Shown here piece by piece: positions 12,440 through 24,750 of a DNA stretch of 64,000 nt. Position 1 is the first letter of the stretch. Each line of letters opens with the position of its first letter. The position numbers were made by a program, and so were the translations under genes. Below the pieces are notes generated by a model, which saw nothing but the letters and a program-made list of their open reading frames with translations, was not told where the DNA came from and made no database searches. Origin of the DNA: Lytechinus pictus (Eukaryota). Where the stretch lies: contig NC_087254.1 in assembly GCF_037042905.1 (NCBI RefSeq), forward strand, positions 33,046,001 to 33,110,000, read 5' to 3'.

Positions 12440-13760
12440 ATAAGAACTACATGTGTGTTAAGTGTTTGCCAGTCGTTTATCTATTCATTCATTTTCATCA
12501 AACATGCGCTTTTATACACTCAATTAAAGCAGGTTGCCTCTTTATAAGCCGTTCCTATTACTAGCGTTTGCGTAATTGCCAAAGAACAGAATAAATTATC
12601 TGTGTGAAAAGAAGAAATAAATCGCTTCTTGCAAATTTTCGTCTGCCAAAAGAAAGAAGGAAATCAATTTGACTCTGTTTGTAACAATTGTAGAAGGCAA
12701 AAAGGGTCCTTCGTGAAGTTGTAAAGTGATACAGATTGATTTTATTAATACTGGAAGTCTTTGCTTGAGGTGATCTTTTAGACCAAGATCGTTGTAAAAA
12801 AAAATCATTATCATCTTTTTTTTTTTTCAAATGAAATAAATCCCTGAGGATCTAACTTAAAAGACGGACAACTTTCTATTACAACTTCATGAAATGATAA
12901 ATAACACGAAGCGTCAATATATTTGAATATATTTGAATATTTTGCCAATATGTGCTCTTTTCACAGGATCTCATGCTTCTAATCTATAAGTATAATGCTG
13001 TTATACTTTTCAAACTTTTCGATCAGATTTATATCTTGAAAATTACTTTTCCATCGAATATTTCATTGTTATTCTTCCGTTGCCTATGTAAGCAATACTA
13101 TCATTCTGCGTCTGCTTCGGTTTCGTATATCTCGTTGTAGAGAATTAGACCGAATATGCGCGAATTCTGTTCAAATCTTGAATCATATACCAAAAATCAT
13201 TAACATTTATACCATCATGACTCTCCTTCATAACATGTGGCCATTGATAGGGAGTTTAACTACTTTTATCCTGAATTCCTTTCAATATTTTTACGCTCTT
13301 ATTGTTGTCCTCTTAAAATTGTATGCTGTGTTATTATGCCAGTTTACAATGATTACATATTCATTTATATTCATTGTATATCTATATTATTCATTTTCTA
13401 TTCCTTGCTCCTTGTGAAAACCTTTTTCAATAACGTGATAGCAGCCTAATTCATTCAATTCATTCATTCAAAAAATATCTAGTGTAAATTCTTGCCAAAC
13501 TATTTGATTTTATGATCTTTTCTTATTCATGTTATTAGTAACAACATATATCATGTCATTTTTGTTATTTTGTTTGATTTACCGTATATGTTATGCTTCT
13601 TTCATATGTGTTTACTTTTTACTTTGTATTGTATATGGACCCCATGGAAGAACAGTATAGTCATGTCGACAAAACTGAAAATGGGCTATCCATCCGTTTT
13701 GCATTTTGCATTTTTGTTTTTTTATACGGAAAATAAATACTATACTATACTATACTATAA
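12440..13760 (+). mobile_element. Highly degenerate CR1/L2-group LINE remnant with 3' tail
   Basis: Weak RT-region fragments (AVPITSVCVIAK; LFKLFDQIYILKI). 3' end has ggaccccatggaagaacagta (also at 34776), then aataaa and (tacta)n. Confidence 0.45.
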
Positions 13761-13826
13761 CTAGCCCTAACTGTCAGTGCTATGCTTTTCAGCATTTGGC
13801 AGCTTTGGGCTCTATGTTTGATGCGA

Positions 13827-13989
13827 TGTTTAATGACTTTCAAGCGAATCGCTATTTCATAGGAGGGATGAAATAGCGACAGATACTGTCAAGCAGACAA
13901 GCACAGAGTATGGTAAATGTCATTAAACATGTGAAATAATGATATCCACATGAGTATCATTATGATTCGCTTGAAAGTCATCAAACATC
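13827..13989. mobile_element. Short inverted-repeat element
   Basis: cgatgtttaatgactttcaagcgaatc versus gattcgcttgaaagtcatcaaacatcg. Confidence 0.6.
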
Positions 13990-14650
13990 GAAGCTTAGAA
14001 TTGTTCTTTTTTAAAAATCGTGATATTTTGTGATGCTGTTGCTGAAATCCAGCGGAATGTGAGTTTTGGTGGTCAGATTGCGAGTGAATGTATCTTCTAT
14101 TATCCCGATAACTTTGAATGAAAAAAAGTCATCAAAAGAACCTTCAACTGGACCAAATGACGACAGTCCCAATGATATTCGACTATTGTTGGTGTACCAA
14201 TCCGACAAGACATGCAAAATAACGCTCATTTTCTGCATGACTTTTCAAGGGAAGAAGATTACTTACTCCCTTTTTATTATATTGCGCTCACCGAAAGTTT
14301 GCAAACATCGGTCAGGGTTTTTCATTGGTTGCTTCGATGGACCGCTGGAACTCGCGTTATTCTGGTTTATTGGGGTAAATCGGGGGAGGGGGGAGGGGGT
14401 AGCCTGCTCAAACACCCCAAAAACTTTTCAAGAAGTCATATCGTTATTACCACGTAATGAATGATACCATGGTCAATCCATATGACTACATCTTTAAATG
14501 AAATTTCTCAATTTCCCATTTCAAAACTTGGAATCTATCCAGTACCTTTATAATTTGTCCCATACTCGTGACATTATCACAAAAATTGTGTTTTTTAAAT
14601 AATGAGACGATTTTTACGGTTTATTGTTTATTTGTGTAACTCCGCTGACT

Positions 14651-14792
14651 TGGGTACCGGTAGGAAGTAATTCCTTAAAAAGCTGTGTGCGTTATGAACG
14701 CCTAGCTTAGCCGGGTAATATAGGAGCGCCTTGAGCACCTAACAAGGTGGATATGTGCGCAATATAAATACCTTATATTACTATTATTATTA
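14651..14792 (+). mobile_element. 5'-truncated copy of the SINE at 22563-22832
   Basis: Near-identical reverse complement of about 22563-22699, ending in an (ATT)n tail. Confidence 0.88.
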
Positions 14793-15851
14793 CAAAAGTC
14801 ATTACTTGAACATTTGTTATAACAGCAAATGACATGCTTCAAGTACACTTACGTTTATGGGGTGGGGGAATACCCGTTAAATTCATATCCTAGCACTTTT
14901 GAAGAGAAGGGAGAAGGTCATATATCCAAGCTGTATCCCATGGTTCAAGGAAAATGAATTATGACTCGATGAATTGATGGGAAATTTTGATACGAGGAAT
15001 CGATATTACCTTTAAAAAAATAATGCAAAATAAAGATTATTCTAAAACATGAAAAATGTTTAATGATCATGAAACTGAAAACATACACATTACGTCAAAT
15101 GATCTCTTAATCATCTCAACAAGTTTTTTTTTTTTTTTTTTTTTAGTATAGTATAGCCATGATAGACAGGTAATGAAACTGAGAATGAAGTAAACATTAT
15201 TATCAATGACGTATATACTGTACAATTTGAAACAGTTCTACAGACAGAATGATATCCACTTCGCAATGTTTGCTACCTTTCCTCCCTAATGTTTGTTTGG
15301 CAAATTGACCCGACGAGGTACTCTAACTTAAGACCATGAAATGAACAATTGATGATAAAACTAAAGACGTTTTAGCTTGCACCTACCGATGAAAGGGATG
15401 TGTATCACTCCAAAGTGGCGGGGGAATGTTTCTTTTTGTAACGATTTAATCAAACATCAAATATTGTACGTTTGGTGGAAAGAGGTTGATGAGTTTCTTT
15501 TGACAAGTTTTGTTTGTCTTTGGTTGTGTTTGGTGACGGTGATTGGGTGTAATGGACACAGACTGGCGTCAAGGTGTACTGGCACTTGGAAAGTGAGTCC
15601 GCATTAAACAACATTGAAATTATTTCATTCCTGCAATTATCAGAACAATCGTTTGTTGAACATAGTTTTCTTGAAACCAATGCGTTGTTGCAGTAAAACG
15701 ATATTGTAATAAGAGACGAATTCTTTGTTACGAGAAAAACGAATCTCATCAATTGTAAAGGAAATTTGAACTTGCTCTATTAACGGAGGGAGAACCTCGA
15801 CTGGTTTAATTTGAGTCTTTAAAACATTTGTACGGGTAATCATCCCCCAAA

Positions 15852-18164
15852 ATGATGGGGCAGAATCGAAAACGATTAACAAATAGACCTCGTTACAATC
15901 CACGGATAGAATCTCCGGATTTTATATTGACCAACTCAGTATCGAACTCCTCTTTCGAATCGACTTCGACTTTGTTTAAAGATCAAAGCAGCGGTGGAGA
16001 ATATCCGACAAAGAAACATCGAGGAAGAAATGAAGCCCTACCGACATCGCGGAAAATCAGGAGTAGGACTAGCGATCCAGCTTCGCGTCAAAAAGACGCA
16101 ATCGAGACGTACATTCGCCGTTATGTGACGTCGGCACCGGAGAACGCCAAGAGGCAGAATCCCGAAGATGATGACACACCGACTGGAACACGGGTTCGTT
16201 TGACTGACAATGTGAGGGTTGTCTTCGACGAAGACCGATATCGAAAATCACTTTCAACATGCACGTCACGCTTGGAATCGTCTATCACAATACGCAATTT
16301 TTCGTCGATCCATCATATCGCGGACCATAAAAGGAATGTCTGCGACGAAATGTTCCGCAACCGGTTTACTAAGACAGGAACGAGAAAAGACGATCAGAAA
16401 TTTGACGCAAAGCGGGTATTGAGTGACGAACTTGGATTTGACAACAGTGATGATAACTACGATGGGAAAATTATTTTGATATCAAAAGCTCTTGGGGACG
16501 GATCAAACGAACTGGAGACTGACAATTATATTCGAACAAGCGAGTGTTTGCATGGTATGACACATCAAGACAAGCGTGTTGATAATTTGTTGGATGAGAT
16601 GAAGAAATCGGACTCTGTAATTGCTAAAAAGGGCAAAAGAAATGCTTCGAAATTTCAGAGAGAATCGTTTAGGATTGAGGGATTGCGTGTTGGGGACTAT
16701 GGGCAATATCACGACGAGTTTGCGAGGGATTTTTCAGACTTCCCTCAACCATGTCAACCACAGCCAATTGAAGAAACCACAGATATGAATTGCATCTCAA
16801 CGATCGATACAGGTTTATCAAACAGTGTGCCAATCAGAAGTGAATCAATTTACATTCAGAATGGTCAACGTAACAAATCTGACGGCTCTCCGAAAGAATC
16901 CGATCTAAATAAGATTTCGTCGTTCAATTCGCCGTTCAAAATTATCGGGACCAATGTAGAATCAAATATGATTACGGAAAGCATTGGACTTGCTTCTAAA
17001 ATGGAAGGAAGTGAGTTTGAAAATATATCAGAGCCCTCCATGAGAATTACGTTGAAGATTCCATCAGCCGAGGACCCTGGTGTCACCGGAAATCGATTTA
17101 GTGGTCATCCCGTGGTTCAAGAAGTTAGTGCCGTGTCACCTGTTGTCGGTGACAGTAGTCTTACAAAGGTCGATCCATGTTTTACTTGTCCGATGTGCGT
17201 CGCCGAGAGAGAGAAGGAAAAAAAACAAATGAGTATTAAGGACGGGTCCTTCATGTTACCAGATTCATTACAAGCCGCTGGTTTGCGTGGTGACGAAGTG
17301 ATGGATTTCAGATCTTCGGGAATCTTTGAGAGCAAGCCATTTCTCCCACCCTCAATCCCAGACGGGGTTGAACTGAAGCGTGTAGATGCGTATGACATCA
17401 CAAGTTTGAGCGGAAACTCAAGGCGCAAACCCGATGACGAAGACAACAAAGAACCTAAAGCAGACTTCAGACTCTCCCTGAAGGATGTTCGGATGGAAAA
17501 ATCGTCACCCACTTTGCCACCACCTGCGAAAACTGATGGAAATTCGTTTCATGTGCAAGGTAATGAACTGCAACCGCAGGACAGATTCTCTTTTGTCTCC
17601 GAATCCCCAATCGCAGGTTTCCCGATGGCACTCGGAAAGCAGTATCCCATTCCAAAATTTCGCCCGAGTCCCATCTACTCCAGTAAGTGGGTTGTGGAAA
17701 ACTCGAGTCCGTCGCGCAGTTCGACCTCTCAGCCATCCTGGAACGGAAACATCACAGGAAAGACAGTAGGTGCTTCCGGTACTCACCAAGATTCGGTCGA
17801 AAATGAAATCATGACTATGAGGATTCCTTTCCTGATTTGGAGAAACAAACAGAAAAAAGAAGGAATATCGAGCATCAAGGACAACTGCAAGGGCAACACC
17901 ATAACCCTGAATCATCGACCGGGAAGCAGCCGGGCAACCAAAGTATCTGGAACAGGCAACCCGAAGAAGCTGACTTTGGCAGAGCAAGCACTGCTGACGC
18001 AGAGAATGGAGAGTGATCGCAAGACCGCGTTCCCTTGCCCTCCGAACAGTCCTGCACCTGAACAGCTAGTCGAACTCGTCAACGATCACTATGAAGAAAG
18101 TGAAGATACTCTATCGCAGTCTCACTTACAAGATTCGAAATTGACAACTGATATTCAAGCTTAG
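15852..18164 (+). CDS. Gene B: uncharacterised 770-aa mostly disordered protein, single coding exon
   Basis: 2.3-kb open frame with ATG in an AAAATG context. Motifs RVVF, CFTCPMC, IPFLIWR and FPCPPNSP. Confidence 0.85.
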   Translation: MMGQNRKRLTNRPRYNPRIESPDFILTNSVSNSSFESTSTLFKDQSSGGEYPTKKHRGRNEALPTSRKIRSRTSDPASRQKDAIETYIRRYVTSAPENAKRQNPEDDDTPTGTRVRLTDNVRVVFDEDRYRKSLSTCTSRLESSITIRNFSSIHHIADHKRNVCDEMFRNRFTKTGTRKDDQKFDAKRVLSDELGFDNSDDNYDGKIILISKALGDGSNELETDNYIRTSECLHGMTHQDKRVDNLLDEMKKSDSVIAKKGKRNASKFQRESFRIEGLRVGDYGQYHDEFARDFSDFPQPCQPQPIEETTDMNCISTIDTGLSNSVPIRSESIYIQNGQRNKSDGSPKESDLNKISSFNSPFKIIGTNVESNMITESIGLASKMEGSEFENISEPSMRITLKIPSAEDPGVTGNRFSGHPVVQEVSAVSPVVGDSSLTKVDPCFTCPMCVAEREKEKKQMSIKDGSFMLPDSLQAAGLRGDEVMDFRSSGIFESKPFLPPSIPDGVELKRVDAYDITSLSGNSRRKPDDEDNKEPKADFRLSLKDVRMEKSSPTLPPPAKTDGNSFHVQGNELQPQDRFSFVSESPIAGFPMALGKQYPIPKFRPSPIYSSKWVVENSSPSRSSTSQPSWNGNITGKTVGASGTHQDSVENEIMTMRIPFLIWRNKQKKEGISSIKDNCKGNTITLNHRPGSSRATKVSGTGNPKKLTLAEQALLTQRMESDRKTAFPCPPNSPAPEQLVELVNDHYEESEDTLSQSHLQDSKLTTDIQA

Positions 18165-18423
18165 CGAATTTCACATTAATAAGGAATATGTTCATGATGT
18201 TGTGTTAAATTGTTATTGTATGAATATCTAATTAGTATTCCTATATAAAATTTTGTCAATTGATGTTTCAACATATTGGACGCTCAGCGTTCTGTGATTG
18301 TGCCATAAATGCATTATTTGCATTTATTAATTTTGTTTAATGATCAGTGAGACTTTAGTGAGATTACAGGGATGATGACGAAAAATTTAATTTTGCAGAA
18401 TGAATATAAACATAGTGGTGATT

Positions 18424-18613
18424 TTGTTGTTTTACCTCATTGCTAAGAAAGCGTGAATGCTTGTAAGCTAACAACCAGAGGACCGACGGCTTAAAGTGCT
18501 CTACGATGGACCTGGTAATTAGGATAAATGACCATAGGGCACCAAGTGGGATTCGAACCCGGATCACCAAAATCCAAACCCCCGCTCTACCGACTGAGCT
18601 ATTTAAGCCTCCT
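18424..18613 (-). mobile_element. tRNA-derived SINE
   Basis: Minus-strand A box TAGCTCAGTCGG and B box GGTTCGAATCC, followed by non-tRNA body; no intact cloverleaf. Confidence 0.7.
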
Positions 18614-18971
18614 AATGACATGATGTTGGTGGTACATTGTTCCATTGATTATTAAAACACCGAGTTGTGTGTTTAGCTATTCAAAAACAATTTTTGATAG
18701 CAATGACTGCGAAATGTCACGAACAGTTTTGCCTTCATAGCGAGTCAAATCCGTATTTCTTGTATTTCATGAACTGTATTAGGATAGGTATAGGGGCTAA
18801 GTGGCCTAAAGCTGATGTTGTAGGCCTATACTGTTAAAAATAAGATTTTCCAGTAAAAGAATAGTCAAGTATAGAACAATTCTGGGAAATGATTTAGCTG
18901 ACAATTTTCTGCCATTAATCATAAGAGAGAAAAGTGGAATGACTGTGTCCGTACAGGAAACATCGTGCGTT

Positions 18972-19134
18972 CTGGGGAGCGTTTCATGAAAGGATTTGTC
19001 GGACGTTTTATCCGACAAGTCCCATTTTATCCGACAGTTACCATAGTAACAGTACCTCTCGGCCAATCAACATCAGAGAAAGATGTCAGATCTGACAACT
19101 TGTCGGATGAAAATGTTGATGAAACACTCCCCAG
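18972..19134. mobile_element. MITE (related inverted copy at 62399-62557)
   Basis: Termini ctggggagcgtttcatgaa / ttgatgaaacactccccag; internal ttgtcgga/tccgacaa hairpins. Confidence 0.78.
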
Positions 19135-20585
19135 ATCCCACATACCAAATTTTGTAATTTCATCTAGAGTTTTCTTATTTTGAAATGACCGATCCGGTTT
19201 TCTAACTGTGAAACTTGTAGATGTATGACACGAAGTAGCCTTTTTTCAACCGATACTTTCAGAAAGTTGACTGTAAATGTAAATTTTTCATTATTTGATA
19301 TGAATTCAGATAGTTCTCTCTGGGTTTTGTTTATAAGAAATTTATCACTTACAGACATTCTGTTTAAAAACAAAATGAAAATATAAGCCTATCATGACTG
19401 TGTTAAGAGGTGTGCAGTAAAATTGTAGCAGTTCTCAAGACTTTGCTGTAGGCATTTCTGATTTTAACGATGAATTCATGATGGGTACAATTAAGACAAG
19501 GATTTAAAATGTACCTGTATTAAATGAGACGGTAGTTTTCATTGTTTTACAAATATATTTTCATTTATTTATTATTCTTTCAATAGTCTTGATAGTATCA
19601 ATCTATACGAGATAAGATTTAAATTGTTAGAAACATATCCCTTTTCGTCTGAAGTCTGTTATAATCAAGGTGATTAAATAGTTATGATAATGAATTGCAA
19701 ATTCTTTGACCATTTGTTTTGTTTTGTTGCATGCATTTCAATGACACATTTACAGACTGCGTATATTCATTATTATTGATATTGTACAAATATTTGACAG
19801 CACAATTTCCATGATCAATAAACCTTATCAGCTTGCAAGGTACAAAATGATTATTGTCATCATCCAATTGAATATTGACCTTATCATAATGAGATACATG
19901 AATTAATCATGAATTTAGATGAGTATCTCACATTAATAATTAAAAAATTGATATTAAGACCAAAAAATGGAAATGGGTACCTCCTCCTGAAAATAATATG
20001 AATTGCCTTGGTAGATTGATATTAAACAAACTGTAAAACGCTACTCATTTCATTTTAAATCGGATTGAAATCTGATAAAATTGTGGATTTTAAATATATA
20101 TCATTGACGTATTTTATATATCATCGATAGTATATGCTTTGAGTGCGATGGTGATTTCTTCTCCCCACTTGTTCCTATATTCTATTTTTTGTGTAAGGTC
20201 ATTATCGTTGAACATGAGATTTACTTGGGTGTGAAAAAATGGAACAATTCATATCTCAACAATTTTTTAAGAAGAAGAGGAAAGAAAAAGGGGGTTTGAT
20301 CGGCTCACTCAGTGCATCCCATGGTGACATGCATTGATTGCATGTTTCACCGAGATAATTGTGAAACTAGAGTATTGTTGAAATCCGATTTCGATGAAGT
20401 GTTGTTGAATTTTCCTTTTTTACTTTTTTTATTTGTATTCTACTCTTATGATTTTAGCCGGAACCCCCTTTATTTATATTTCATGTTGATATTCATCATC
20501 AAACAGCATTATTTCCTAACATATTCTACGCTGATATCGAGGCATAATTATGATACATTGATTCTTATGGTCGACTTGCTCAATA

Positions 20586-20840
20586 TTGACGAAGATGACG
20601 TCGATCGACAGTGATGATGATGTCGGTGATGGTGGTGATGGCAGTGGTGATACAAATTATTACCATTGTGAAGTAATATTGATTATAATGATAAGAGTGA
20701 TGATGATGATGGTAGCACGGAGCTATATGGTAGTGTTGCTGATGTCCGTAATGAAGAAGATGATGATTGTGATAATGATGTTGATCATGACGACGATGAT
20801 GTTGATAATGATTCTGATGACGAAAATGGTAATGGTGAAT
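20586..20840. repeat. Degenerate (GAT)n microsatellite
   Basis: Runs of gat/ggt triplets. Confidence 0.85.
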
Positions 20841-22090
20841 ACATCAATAGTTTTACCAGAAGTCAAAGTTCAGACCTAAAAAAATCATATTGGAGGAAAG
20901 TTAGGTTATCAGGAATTCCCGTGTAAAAGTTCTCAATTTTCAAATGGATAAAAAAAAAAGATGTCGGCAATAGCGAAAACCAAGGATCTGTGCTTGCAGA
21001 CTAGCACGTACCCACCCCTTCCTCTCTCCTCTTTCCCCTCTCATCTCCTTACTTCGTGATCTGCTCACCTTTCTCCCGTCCTTCTTCTTTAGTTTTTTTT
21101 CTCTTTTATCCATTCACCCTCTCACATTCGTCACCTCTCTTTATGAATCATCTAAACACTGAAGTAAAAAAAATGATTTCATTTCTTCTTTATCTCTATT
21201 ATCCGTCTCTCACATTCTTCACCTCGCTTCATCAATATTTTCAAAACGGAAGGAAATCAAAACTAATTTTATTTCTTCTGATTTAAATCAAGTCATTCTT
21301 TCTCGAGGTGTCCTTCTTATTTTCTTATCCGACAGGTGGTAAGAGGGTGGTAAATATCGATTCTTCGCTGAGTAGGAAGTGCAAACAGGCGTTGAAACTT
21401 CTTTGATTTTGTGACGGAGGTGTTAGACCGGTCTCTTTTAGATTATGAATGGGGACGGGAAAATCGATTTTGGTTGTCCATGGTGACGAGAGAGACGGAG
21501 AGACGAAATCTGTCACCTCAGCTTGGATCACAAGAGGGAGACATTTTTTTTAATTCAGGAAATGTATCTTTTACACAAAAAAACACCTTTACTTTTACAA
21601 TGTCTGTTTTTATTTGTCGAACGATATGATTTTTTTCTCTGCTTTCACATTGTTATAGAAGAGAAATTGGGCAGTTAACTTCATTTGTAATAATTCTAAA
21701 AATTTGTAATCTCATTGATATTGATATATTTCTTTGTTTCGGATACATGTACAAAATCTTGATTTCTATGAATTGTGATAGTAAACTTACTGATTTGAAA
21801 GAGGAAGAAAATAAAGTTTTATTCAAAACGAAAAAAAAGTACCTTACTCTGGCGGAATGTAAAAATAATCTTAATAAGAAGAACAAACATTAATTAAAAA
21901 AAAAACCACCAAGAAACCCAAAACGAAACAAATAAAAAAAAACTAAAATATAGAGAAGATACGAACATAAAAACTCTATTCAAATCGGACAAATATTCGT
22001 TTTAGTTAAAGTGCTGCTTTTGAAGTTCCTAATTTTCTTACTGAATATTAATTTTCTTATTGTAGTTTTGTTGGTGTTTTGGTTTTTTGT

Positions 22091-22238
22091 NNNNNNNNNN
22101 NNNNNNNNNNNNNNNNNNNNNNNNNNNNNNNNNNNNNNNNNNNNNNNNNNNNNNNNNNNNNNNNNNNNNNNNNNNNNNNNNNNNNNNNNNNNNNNNNNNN
22201 NNNNNNNNNNNNNNNNNNNNNNNNNNNNNNNNNNNNNN
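22091..22238. other. Assembly gap
   Basis: Run of N. Confidence 1.
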
Positions 22239-22562
22239 TCTTTCTCTTTGAATTTGCCAAATTTGAATTGTAACTATTAAAGAGAGATGCAATGACCACT
22301 CTTTTATGCAAGATTTGAATGTTCGAAATGTTTAACTAGATAATACTCGAATACAAATTCACATAATTGACCATTTACAAAAGCTTTATATCGACTGTAG
22401 CCTGCGTGAAGGCGATCGGGGGCGTACGTGGCCCTTCGAATTGTGTACAACAGCCTTTAGGAGAGATTCATGTCTCCAAGGCCTTCATAAATATACCAAT
22501 AATCTCACGAAATAGGTTGCTGACGTACTATCAAATTTACTTTACATGTTTGTTTCATTCGG

Positions 22563-22832
22563 AATAATAATATAGGGTATTTATATTGCGCACATATCCA
22601 CCTTGTTAGGTGCTCAAGGCGCTCCTATATTACCCGGCTCAGCTAGGCGTTCATAGCGCACACAGCTTTTTAAGGAATTACTTCCTACCGGTACCCATTT
22701 ACCTCACCTGGGTTGAGTGCAGCACATTGTGGATCAGTTTCTTGCCGAAGGAAATTACGCCATGGCTGGGATTCGAACCCACGACCCTCTGTTTCAAAGT
22801 CCGAAGACTAATCCACTGGGCCACAACGCTCC
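22563..22832 (-). mobile_element. Full-length tRNA-derived SINE with CORE-like centre and (ATT)n tail
   Basis: Head GGAGCGTTGTGGCCCAGTGG (A box) and GGTTCGAATCCC (B box); centre CTTCGGCAAG...GTAAATGGGTACC; second copy at 14651. Confidence 0.88.
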
Positions 22833-24451
22833 ACGAATGAATGATATCCAAGAAAAGTCAAGAAAGTAAAAACTCAACAATAAATATACATAGGCCTATG
22901 TCACGAGGAAACAAAGAAACAATGGTTAAACAAATGGATCAGAGGATTTCGATAGAACTGTGTCATAATTGGCTATCTATATTTATATAGTTCATACATC
23001 ATCGGTCTAACGGTGCATGAAGATAAAAGTTTTCCATGGTCTAAGAGGGAGACAAATAAATCATGTGTATACTGGCAGTTCACGATATTTAGAAATCTTC
23101 CTCAATTCGATATTGTAAGCATTCTTCGTGTTGGGCCGTCTTGGTGGACAGTCAAAATCAATACGGTATTATTTTGTGACCGCGATCTTGGTTTAATTCA
23201 GTATTATGGCGATTAATCAATTTGATGTAATAAATAGAATGAATGGATAGGATTGACAGGTGACCATTGATATAATGACCTCAAGGTGACCACTATCTGC
23301 AAACAGATCGATTTTATTTTGTGTGGTGACACTTGAACCAACTGACTGGTCTAGTAATGAAGGCCTATTCAAAATGTTGTGCACGACTATCTTCATGACC
23401 TGAAAACTTTGAGGTGGGCTGCCAGACATAGCTGCAATTGCGATCTCCGTGGAACCGAGGATTGTATTTTAAAGAACCAAAGAATATTGTATTGTAAGGG
23501 AAAAAAGACTTCATGACTAATTTATTGAGACAAAGCATTTTTTTTTTCTGGTAAGAATTATGTTGAGCAAACGAGTTACGTATGATTTATTAAAAGGAAA
23601 GACTCGTATTTTATGCAATTGGAAATTATTAGGCAGATGAAAATATCACAAAATAAAATTAAGCTTACTGTACATACGACACTCCTCTTCCAAGTTTATA
23701 CCTCAAATGCAATAAATGGGGGGGGGGGATAGAGGTGAACTCACTGGGGGGGGGGGGTAACAAAAGTACCGGTAATAGAGTAATAGAGCAATACCAATGT
23801 CAAAGCTAGCTCGAAATATTATAAGAACTTGAGGAAAGAAGGAAATAAAACAACTTATTCTCATTGGCTGTTCAAAGTAGGCCTCCAATGTTCTCTCATC
23901 GAAACTTTTCAGTCATCGCTATTCTGGTTTACTGCCATCAGCGGTGAAATATATTTAGGCAACTGGATGCAAACTTTTCAGTTATATGAAAGGACCCAAT
24001 ATACACTGCAAAAACTTCAACAATTTGAAGAAATTTGTTTGGTTTCTTTGTATTTATTTTTCCCAGATTTTTTTTTTGAAAAGATACTTTAGGCTAATTT
24101 GTTTGAATTAGTGTTCGCTTTCTGTATTTGATGCGGGTTCCCCTTTTCGCTTAACGTGGGATAATTCATTTCTTTGTATATTTCTTTTACAGTTATCTCA
24201 GTTTTACACGATTTCAACTTCTCAATTATGTTTGCATAACCTTTACCTGAGGTAAATTAGTAACCATGGTAACTGATTCTCATTGGCTGCAGGTAAACAA
24301 TAAGAATATTAACAACAAGAAAAATAAAAACATAACCATGGTCTTACGTTCAACTTCACATTAAGCTTTATTTTCTGCTACTGATTGAGTGAGAGTCACA
24401 TTTAATTATTTGTATTTCCTTTTACTATTAGGCAATTTATTTGTGCAAAAT

Positions 24452-24750
24452 TTTGCTGATGAGAAGTTGCAACCACGCATGATGATGAGTTCATTTACAC
24501 TTGGAGCTCATTTTACTTCAATATGAGTTTGTTGATGAGAAGTGGGTCATACACGACGACGAGCCTGAAATATTTTGAGCTTATTTATCTTCAAGATGAT
24601 TTTTTTGCTGATGTGAAGTGCACCGTGCATGATGATAAGCTCATTTACACTTCAAGCTTATTTAACTTTAAGATGATTCTGCTGATGGAGTGCGCCGTGA
24701 AGGATGACGAGTCTTCTTTACCTGTTAACACTTCAATATAATTTTGCTGC
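24452..24750. repeat. Degenerate tandem repeat, about 70-80 bp x4
   Basis: Recurring gctgatg(a/t)gaagt...catgatga(t/c)gag...tttacactt...cttcaa(t/g)at. Confidence 0.7.

Noticed and set aside
22760-22832. tRNA gene candidates here and at 18540-18613
   Set aside because: A and B boxes are present but there is no paired acceptor stem, and they continue into SINE bodies.
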